Below are positions 55,201-61,314 of a stretch of DNA of 61,314 nt, in pieces. The position numbers and the translations under genes were made by a program. Location: the IMG/VR virus record IMGVR_UViG_3300025288_000022, positions 1 through 61,314 of that record; one strand, written 5' to 3'. Under the pieces are notes generated by a model. The model worked only from the letters and a program-made list of their open reading frames with translations, was not told the DNA's origin and did not search any database. Position 1 is the stretch's first letter, and the number at the start of each line of letters is the position of its first letter. The DNA is from a virus (lineage: Duplodnaviria > Caudoviricetes).

Positions 55201-57522
55201 CGTTTGGTTCCAGGTGCAGGTTCGGTGGACCACCAGTGGTCCGTGGACCAGTCTTCCCTGCAGGTGGAAGGTTCTTCGGGAGCCGCACAGGCGGGTCTTG
55301 TGGTTAACTCCACTGGCTCTGCTGGTTGGCATGCTACGGTCATTCCTGCCACACTGGCGGGTGTGGTTGGGTTTGCGGACGGTCAGGCACCTACAGGCAC
55401 CTACGGTGATGCTCGTGATGGCCAGCCTGTGGTGACCTTCTACGCTGCGGGCGGCACCACCGCACAGAACAACGAGTTCAAGTTCCTCGTGGACGGTGTC
55501 CCTGTGACAGTGCTCTTCACGGATGCATCCGGTGTGGCGATTGCCACGGGTGGCACCGCTGATGTTCCTGTGGGCCCCAGTTTGGTGGCAAACACTGTGA
55601 TCAACCAGATTGCAGTGGCCATGGCCAATGCAGGCTTGGCGGGTTCGGCTGCAGCGGTCATTGCTGCTGGCATGTTGGTACAAGAGGGTGCAGGATTCCG
55701 AATCCGTTCGGCTCTGTCCTCTACCCTTGGGACGATCACCATTGGGGCCTCGAATGCTAACACCCGTCTTGGGTTTGTGTCAGGCGCTTCGGCAAGCCGT
55801 AGCTTGGCTACTCCCAAGAAGATGGCTTCTGCTCTGATGGCTCATGCGGGTGCCACCCTAGCCGTTGTGTTGATGACGACTTGGACCACCGGCTTGGCTG
55901 CCACGGGTTACTTCGCGGGTGAGGCTCTTGCAGGTGTTGTGCAGGATGCATCCAATGCAGAGTACCTTTTCTTCCAGAGCATGGGTAATGCAGGACGTGG
56001 CGTGTCGTCTTCGATTGCCTTTGCGGCTGCTGCAACACAGTCTGCCCTTCTCCCCGGAGTTGGGTTGGGTGTGGTTGCTGGAGATGGTGCCTCGGGGGAG
56101 GTTGGTGTCTCCGGATACTACGTCACCAGCACGGATGCTCTAAATGGGTCGGGTACGGCAAACACCTCCATGCTCAACACAGGTTCGGGCCAGGATGGCA
56201 TCATTGGCCAGACCTACCGTGACTCTGTCACTGGCTTGACCTTCACCGTGCTAGAGCGTGCTGGTGGCATTGCTTACCCAGCGGGTGAGACCTTCACCTT
56301 CACGGTCCGTAATGTGACAACCTCGGACTCGAACCTCCCTATCCGTACCGTCCCTGGTGTGGAGCTTCTGGTGACCAACACCTTGGGTGTCGGCGTGCAG
56401 GATACAGCCAAGGTGTCTACGTTCAAGCGTAGTGGCAACGAGCCTACTATTGGGGACACCTACTACATCTCCTACGAGTACCAGAAGCGTGACTTCACGG
56501 CCAAGGTCTACACCAAGTTTGCTACTCTTCAAGCAGAGTATGGGGCAAACAGCCCTCAGAACCCTGTGACCCTTGCCAGTTACCTTGCCATTTTGAATGG
56601 TGCGGTTCTGGTTGGTGTGAAGCAGGTTGAGAAAGATATTGACGAGAACAATGATGGCATCCCAGACTCAGCGTCTGTGACCTCCTTCATTTCGTCTGTA
56701 GACGCCCTAGAGGGCGCTATGTCTGGCAACGTGCTGCCCAACATTCTAATCCCGCTGGATGTCCCCAGCGCCAGCACAGCGGACTTCTTGGCCTACATCA
56801 CACGCCATGCAGACATTCAGTCTACCATCCGTTACCGTGCAGAGCGGACGGTTCTTGCCGGATTCCCTGCAGGGACTACCCCAAGGACGGCAGGTGACAT
56901 TGCCGAGTCCATCAAGCGCTCTCGTCTGCGCGTGGTGTACCCTGACATTGCCACCCTTGTTCTGACTCAGGCGGATGGTACGGAGCAGGAGTTCTTGGTG
57001 GATGGCACCATGCTTGCTGCGTCACTAGCAGGAAGCGTGGTCAAGCCCTCTGTGGACGTGGCTACTGCTTGGACAGGGCGTAAGCTCTATGGGATCAAGC
57101 AAATTGCTCGAATCCTGAATGTCGTGGAACAGAACCAGTTGGCCGTTCGTGGTGTGACAATCCTTGAGGACAACAGCCCAGCGGTTCGCGTCCGTCAGGG
57201 CTTCACCACGGATATGTCATCTATCCTGACAAAGACCCCAACGGTCACCCCAATCGCTGACGAAGTACAGCAGCAGACACGCAACACGCTGGACCGCTTC
57301 ACTGGCATCAAGTTCCTACCCGGAATTTTGAGCCAAGTTGAAGGCCAGACTTCCACCACCCTGAAGCTTTTGGTGGATGCAGAGATCCTGGCAAAATACA
57401 CGGGCGTCCGTGCCCAGGTTGTGGCAGGAGATCCTACAGCAGCAGAGGTGGAGGCATTCTACCAACCTGTTTTCCCCCTACTCTACCTAATCGTTTCCTT
57501 CAACCTGAGATCCTCGCTTTAA
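52270..57522 (+). CDS. Contractile tail sheath protein with large inserted beta domains (1750 aa)
   Basis: N-terminal PPGVYT; C-terminal NQLAVRGVTILE..VRQGFTT...YQPVFPLLYLIVSF sheath motifs. Confidence 0.9.
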   Translation: MANFPGKNYAPPGVYTRTQYENPTQPLLAGLKLPMFLGTGSEILSQMDLEVVRGSSSKVDQRVVGEDMAGRSVVSISNTGVITLGAFDGVQDRIQVRNYPVVTGAGTGTTATDSSAVSVTINDLPVVVLQMSGTTGVFKLSTAPKLGDVVRVSYFFNRTDTQTTDAVSAQVDSTTAIIYGAMAESYTIVTGENDTLAFTVDDATSVSVTIPASNTGAPWSASQMASFINSGAFGTSLVASAYVNNFGVNAVQLVADRNLVVGNGTANSTVGFTNGDATLRNKTFYTFEGPIVDGTNGGVTTTDPADTVVKVNGVQIIPVSVDGQTRAVVLPFAPEVGAVVTVQYYFNTWQDTFDYLAHTEVTTVLRAGATPDRSDYLSGSDFVLQGDKILWGTAATVASGVHTAGTSFLDSTQITPTLVDVRQYLAEATAVTNTAVSPPQTSTTVFQMPLAPTTGNGRSTPLGQSLYQSVTNSRIDLPTNRPDLVQAYWGFGVQDAMDRGPVTVTKVDSASSTLTLASAVPVGAQVFVSFYYNTLADQDYTLTVENPGAAGVGTYSIVDASGVALPTPLFGTKSAGLAGVALQFPSGSERSPDVRFESPFTTTLFSGAVEEDVTVTFASLDSTLAKFSVGGSNTYYAISGASDNLNVLVDGSSVTGSAVNFTAVNGVSGLGFHASLLGEEVSYTAASGDTTFVIDSTNSEINLTVDGKLIAGVANQGASQTIAAYAAAINRASVGEQGTAAAGGASSITFTAAASDQTDYYVGWTVVLTNNTVVGTQGLTATVTAYNGSTKVATVTPGWATVPDATTTFAVFDPAARPQYIGATKFSSASTITAGEYDTLVFHYTGDVTGVSGNLTAVVAPATYASATALAVAVNAAIATQVATLGSAFDGVEVAVTANANAQLVFSLTKAGLDGAGFLEFITGVSTADFAILGGISTAAATVGGQVKLVDGPVARAFRDIGNNTGAYLNDRLVLRNRLVPGAGSVDHQWSVDQSSLQVEGSSGAAQAGLVVNSTGSAGWHATVIPATLAGVVGFADGQAPTGTYGDARDGQPVVTFYAAGGTTAQNNEFKFLVDGVPVTVLFTDASGVAIATGGTADVPVGPSLVANTVINQIAVAMANAGLAGSAAAVIAAGMLVQEGAGFRIRSALSSTLGTITIGASNANTRLGFVSGASASRSLATPKKMASALMAHAGATLAVVLMTTWTTGLAATGYFAGEALAGVVQDASNAEYLFFQSMGNAGRGVSSSIAFAAAATQSALLPGVGLGVVAGDGASGEVGVSGYYVTSTDALNGSGTANTSMLNTGSGQDGIIGQTYRDSVTGLTFTVLERAGGIAYPAGETFTFTVRNVTTSDSNLPIRTVPGVELLVTNTLGVGVQDTAKVSTFKRSGNEPTIGDTYYISYEYQKRDFTAKVYTKFATLQAEYGANSPQNPVTLASYLAILNGAVLVGVKQVEKDIDENNDGIPDSASVTSFISSVDALEGAMSGNVLPNILIPLDVPSASTADFLAYITRHADIQSTIRYRAERTVLAGFPAGTTPRTAGDIAESIKRSRLRVVYPDIATLVLTQADGTEQEFLVDGTMLAASLAGSVVKPSVDVATAWTGRKLYGIKQIARILNVVEQNQLAVRGVTILEDNSPAVRVRQGFTTDMSSILTKTPTVTPIADEVQQQTRNTLDRFTGIKFLPGILSQVEGQTSTTLKLLVDAEILAKYTGVRAQVVAGDPTAAEVEAFYQPVFPLLYLIVSFNLRSSL

Positions 57523-57546
57523 GAGTACACTGAGGTTTGGGTTGTT

Positions 57547-57587
57547 AAGAACGGTGTGTTAGGTTCAGCCTGACACACCGTTCTTTT
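57547..57587 (+). terminator. Intrinsic terminator after the sheath gene
   Basis: AAGAACGGTGTGTTAGG/CCTGACACACCGTTCTTTT. Confidence 0.85.
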
Positions 57588-57679
57588 GCTGGATGGGCAT
57601 TTACTGCAAATAGTGTTCCCCTATCTTGTCTATGAAGTCCCTCTAGGATAGGAGCCGTTGCTTCTTGGAGGGCCAAGCC

Positions 57680-58210
57680 ATGTCCGAAGACTTGCACCCA
57701 CTAAATCTTCGCTTGCTCAAGGCTCTGGAGGATGCCACCCGTAGTTCTGTGGAACAATCCGGGTACATTCAAAGGCTCGAGCGGGAGATGAATGCTTTGC
57801 GGGAGAGTGTTTCGCGTGACCTCCAAGGCGTGGCCGGTGTCTTTGACAATCGTCTCAGCGACTTGGAAGACGAGATGCGTACCACGAATGCCCACCTTGA
57901 CAATTTAGTTCGTGCCACTGACACAACCAACACGATCCTCCAAAACTTTCTGGACTCCTTGGCCTCAAGGCAAGAGGCCGAATTGAAGATTGCGCAGGAC
58001 GAGAAAGCTTTCCAACGCGAGCTGGAACTAAACAACATCAAGGTTGCGGCGGATGATCGGTCCTATATGCGAAAGTACATTGATGAGGTTTGGAACCTCT
58101 TCAAGCAGCCAATGGCCTATGTGCTTGCAGGTTTGGCTTTCTGGCTACTTGTCAAGTATTTGGATGTTCCTTTAACAATTGCTAGCAACCCAATCACGCA
58201 TGTTCCGTGA
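57680..58210 (+). CDS. Coiled-coil protein with C-terminal membrane helix
   Basis: SD GGAGG; hydrophobic AYVLAGLAFWLLV. Confidence 0.7.
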   Translation: MSEDLHPLNLRLLKALEDATRSSVEQSGYIQRLEREMNALRESVSRDLQGVAGVFDNRLSDLEDEMRTTNAHLDNLVRATDTTNTILQNFLDSLASRQEAELKIAQDEKAFQRELELNNIKVAADDRSYMRKYIDEVWNLFKQPMAYVLAGLAFWLLVKYLDVPLTIASNPITHVP

Positions 58211-58216
58211 GGTAAG

Positions 58217-58657
58217 ATGCCCAACCCCCGCCCAATGCGAGTTCTTCTTGTTGAGGATCACTTTGCGGATGTTACACTAACTCGCAAAGCCTTTGGGCGT
58301 TTAGCTACGCCAAATTGTTTGGATGTTGTGTTGGATGGGGCGGAGGCTATGAAGTTCCTACGGAAGCAGGGTCGTTATGTCGATGCCCAACGTCCTGACT
58401 TGGTACTTCTGGACCTCAACATGCCTAGGATGACCGGTTTGGAGGTCCTACAGGCTCTATGGGGAGAGGACTCCCTACGCAGTATTCCTGTAGTGGTTCT
58501 GACAACGTCCTCAGCTGTACAAGACGTGCAAGGCTCTTATGATCTGGGGGCTTCCAGCTATCTTGTGAAGCCTGTGGGGTTTCAGGACTTCATGAGCATT
58601 GTGGAAGTTATTGAGACCTATTGGTTTCATACCGTGTTGTTGCCGAGTCAAGTATGA
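58217..58657 (+). CDS. Single-domain response regulator (Rcp1-like receiver)
   Basis: LLVED, LLDLNMP, LTTS, YLVKP and C-terminal YWF..V.LP typical of Rcp1-type receivers. Confidence 0.95.
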   Translation: MPNPRPMRVLLVEDHFADVTLTRKAFGRLATPNCLDVVLDGAEAMKFLRKQGRYVDAQRPDLVLLDLNMPRMTGLEVLQALWGEDSLRSIPVVVLTTSSAVQDVQGSYDLGASSYLVKPVGFQDFMSIVEVIETYWFHTVLLPSQV

Positions 58658-60156
58658 CCCTCGCCACTATCCACATGCTCTCTCTTGGGGTTGCTGCGGT
58701 TAGTGTGCTGGGTTTTCTGGCTAAAGCCCTCCATTCAGAGTCTAAGTTCCGCCTCTTAGCCATAAATTCTTCTGATGTGGTTGCGATCCATGATCGGGAG
58801 GGGCGTTTCCTGTGGGTGTCTCCTTCCGTATTTAGGATGCTGGGTAAGACCCCCGAAGCTTTGGTTGGACACCTCCCGTATCAACTGTTCCACCCCGAAG
58901 ATCTTAAGCCTCTTCAGGTCTGCTTGAAGACTCTCCATTCTGAGGCTGTACGCACCACCTACAGGGTGAGGGGTACATCGGGGCAGTACCTGTGGGTGGA
59001 AACCATCATGCAGCCTCGTAAGGACCTCTGGGGGCGATTGGTGGGGTTTCAGACATCCACTCGGGATGTGACTGAACAGCGTGACGCACAAGACCTCTAC
59101 AGGTTCCTTGTACGCCACTTACCTAAGACCTCGGTCTTTCTTTTCGATGCACAGTTCAAGCACCGAATCGCAGGAGGAGACTTCTTAGACCTGGTGGATG
59201 AATGCCTTACTGGCAAAACCCTAGACGAGGTTTACCCCCCTGAAGTGAGCGGGGTGCTTTCCCCGTACTACTCCAGAATCTTTGAGGGGCATCCTTCAAA
59301 GATTGAGTATGCCTTTGGCCATAGGACATATCGTATCCACTTCCTTCCCATCTATGGGGCACAGGGTGTGGTCGAGATGGGTATGGCTGTGTTCCATGAT
59401 GTGACTCAAGAGAAGGCGCATACTAAAGCCCTGCTTGGCCAGACTCAAGATCTGGAACGGTCGAATAGAGATCTAGAGCAGTTTGCCAACGTGGCCTCAC
59501 ATGAACTGAAATCTCCGCTACGGCGTATTCAGTCCTTCGTGGATCTCTTGTCAGATGATTATTTTGATTCCCTTACGGAAGAGGCAGACGAGTACCTTCA
59601 ACATATCCGAGAGGGTGTTGAGAACCTACAGGCTGTGGTAGAGTCTCTCCTCGTGTACTCTCGTGTTCAGGTGCAGGATGCACGGAACAATATGACATGG
59701 GTAGACCTCAATCAGGTCTGTGAGGAGGCTATCCAAAGCCTCTCCCTCCTCATTGAGGAGAAGGGGGCTAAGATCAAGGTTTCTGGCCTCCCTGGAATGG
59801 TGGCAGGTGATGCAGGCCTTCTTCGTCAAGTTTTTGAAAACCTGATTGGCAATGCCATCAAGTTCACCCCTGAAGGCGTCGTCCCTGAGATTCAGGTATG
59901 GGTTGACCGCAACACCGTGAATTGGGAGATTGCGGTGAAGGACAACGGCTTTGGGATCGATCCCAACCAGCAAGACAAGATCTTCAAGATGTTCCACCGT
60001 TTGAACCACCATGTGGAAGGGACAGGCATTGGTCTGGCCCTCTGCAAGAAGATTGTGGAAACCCATCGTGGTGAAATTTGGGTGCATTCTGCTATTGGTG
60101 AGGGATCTACTTTCCGCTTCTCAATTCCAGATCACGCACCCTCCGATGTGATCTAG
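58654..60156 (+). CDS. PAS-PAS sensor histidine kinase with N-terminal membrane helix
   Basis: LERSNRDLEQFANVASHELKSP H box; NLIGNAIKF, DNGFGI and GTGIGL boxes; ATGA coupling. Confidence 0.95.
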   Translation: MTLATIHMLSLGVAAVSVLGFLAKALHSESKFRLLAINSSDVVAIHDREGRFLWVSPSVFRMLGKTPEALVGHLPYQLFHPEDLKPLQVCLKTLHSEAVRTTYRVRGTSGQYLWVETIMQPRKDLWGRLVGFQTSTRDVTEQRDAQDLYRFLVRHLPKTSVFLFDAQFKHRIAGGDFLDLVDECLTGKTLDEVYPPEVSGVLSPYYSRIFEGHPSKIEYAFGHRTYRIHFLPIYGAQGVVEMGMAVFHDVTQEKAHTKALLGQTQDLERSNRDLEQFANVASHELKSPLRRIQSFVDLLSDDYFDSLTEEADEYLQHIREGVENLQAVVESLLVYSRVQVQDARNNMTWVDLNQVCEEAIQSLSLLIEEKGAKIKVSGLPGMVAGDAGLLRQVFENLIGNAIKFTPEGVVPEIQVWVDRNTVNWEIAVKDNGFGIDPNQQDKIFKMFHRLNHHVEGTGIGLALCKKIVETHRGEIWVHSAIGEGSTFRFSIPDHAPSDVI

Positions 60157-60214
60157 GTAACTCTCGTTATTTATCCTTTCTTTTGGTGGAAGATAGGATC
60201 CGGAGGTTGAGGCC

Positions 60215-60358
60215 ATGCAGGAAACCAATGCGAAGTTGAGCAAGGTAGTTGCACAGCGCCTCAGGACAAACCAGCTGCTAAGAGCACTTGTAGAAGCAGA
60301 AGAGCCGTCCCATAAAGAGACGGCCCCTGTGAAAGCCAAAGAGACGCTTAAGGTCTAG
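60215..60358 (+). CDS. Small 47-aa protein (not in the ORF track)
   Basis: SD GGAGG; MQETNAKLSKVVAQRL... Confidence 0.5.
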   Translation: MQETNAKLSKVVAQRLRTNQLLRALVEAEEPSHKETAPVKAKETLKV

Positions 60359-60756
60359 TTGAAGGCTGCTGCTTCTTCATTTGCCCGCTTGAAGTACATG
60401 CGTACAAACTCGTCTCCACTGAAGGAGACAGCCTTCAACATGCTAATGGGCTCCCAGCCACCACGAAGCAAGGCCTGTACTTCTGCATCCAGATGGGGAT
60501 CCATGTGGATCTCGCAGTCGATGATCTTCAAGCCAAAGCCTTGCTTGTTGGGTCCAGAGCGCACCGTAGGGGTCTGAACCCCGCCAATAATACCCTGTTC
60601 CCTTGCTGCGCCTAGTATGGCTTGCCCTAATGGAGAGTCTGGGGTGATTTGTACCTCATTTTTTCCATCCGCTTCAGCGAATTCCTCTTCCAAATCGGAT
60701 TCAGTGAACCCACCTAAAAAGTGGATGAGACGTTGCCGGATACCAAAACGAGACAT
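60355..60756 (-). CDS. Hypothetical protein
   Basis: SD AAGGAG before MSRFG. Confidence 0.7.
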   Translation of the reverse strand: MSRFGIRQRLIHFLGGFTESDLEEEFAEADGKNEVQITPDSPLGQAILGAAREQGIIGGVQTPTVRSGPNKQGFGLKIIDCEIHMDPHLDAEVQALLRGGWEPISMLKAVSFSGDEFVRMYFKRANEEAAAFN

Positions 60757-60764
60757 GGGACTCC

Positions 60765-60956
60765 TTAGCACTTGGAGACAGGTTTGAGCTTGTCATTATA
60801 CCATGCGGTATCAACATTCCATTGGGTACCGCACACATCACATTGGTAGACTTCTCTCCCGAAGTATGCCCCCAAACGGGAAGCCCCATTGTTCGGGACA
60901 GAGTGTGGAACACCCTTGCATTTGGGATCGAAGCATCGGATTTTATGGGCAGCCAT
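60765..60956 (-). CDS. Small Zn-ribbon-like protein
   Basis: CFDPKC...CDVCG. Confidence 0.6.
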   Translation of the reverse strand: MAAHKIRCFDPKCKGVPHSVPNNGASRLGAYFGREVYQCDVCGTQWNVDTAWYNDKLKPVSKC

Positions 60957-61023
60957 GTGTCAGACCTTGGTAGGGTGTTTCTAGCCTATATTCTTAAACT
61001 AGTATAAACGGAGGTTTATCCCC

Positions 61024-61314
61024 ATGGCTAATTTGCGTCAAGGTCTGATTCGTCTTGCTTCCTCCTACCCTGCGAAGTCGGAGGAGCGTAGGACGCTTCT
61101 TGCTCTCCTCCAAGAGGAAGGCACGGCAAAGACTGCTCTGACAATGGAGAGCAATGTCTCTGTCATTCCTGTCCTGAATGGTCTTCTTCGCAAGGAGATG
61201 ACAGCTGTGAACCAGTACATGGTTCAACATGCAGTCAATGACAACTGGGGCTACAAGAAGTTGGGGGGTATCCTTCGAGCGCAGGCCATTACTGAGATGC
61301 GTCATGCAGAAGCC
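61024..61314 (+). CDS. bfr: Bacterioferritin with ~40-aa N-terminal leader (truncated by the window)
   Basis: SD GGAGG; LNGLLRKEMTAVNQY...NWGYKKL...EMRHA matches the Bfr ferroxidase and haem-Met region. Confidence 0.85.
   Translation, partial: MANLRQGLIRLASSYPAKSEERRTLLALLQEEGTAKTALTMESNVSVIPVLNGLLRKEMTAVNQYMVQHAVNDNWGYKKLGGILRAQAITEMRHAEA

Noticed and set aside
60994-61305. Minus-strand 103-aa ORF at the window end
   Set aside because: It is antisense to the bacterioferritin gene

Overview
This is a fragment of a large (jumbo-type) contractile-tailed phage genome read with the standard genetic code. Plus-strand morphogenesis genes include a prohead protease, acidic scaffold, head decoration protein, HK97-type major capsid protein, modular fibre proteins, neck/tail-completion proteins and a 1750-aa tail sheath. 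Accessory genes are interleaved with them: deoxynucleoside kinase, dCMP deaminase, 2H phosphoesterase, GIY-YIG protein, SLT transglycosylase, patatin, metallophosphoesterase, a two-component pair and bacterioferritin. The most striking element is a minus-strand array of 12 tRNA genes (44152-45493). It holds the full bacterial set of long-variable-arm (type II) tRNAs apart from Sec: five Leu, four Ser and Tyr twice, plus Trp. Upstream are a sigma70-type promoter, a leaderless 29-codon ORF rich in Leu/Ser/Tyr/Trp codons matching 9 of the 11 anticodons, and alternative antiterminator/terminator pairings. This looks like a ribosome-stalling attenuator that switches on phage tRNAs when those tRNAs are depleted. 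Other highlights are a shared N-terminal leader on unrelated proteins (candidate capsid-targeting signal), a LAGLIDADG-methyltransferase fusion ending in a decayed copy of the capsid gene 3' end, an 8/4-fold tRNA-Ser, and two recurrent promoter motifs. All calls are by-eye motif recognition; no database searches or folding programs were run.
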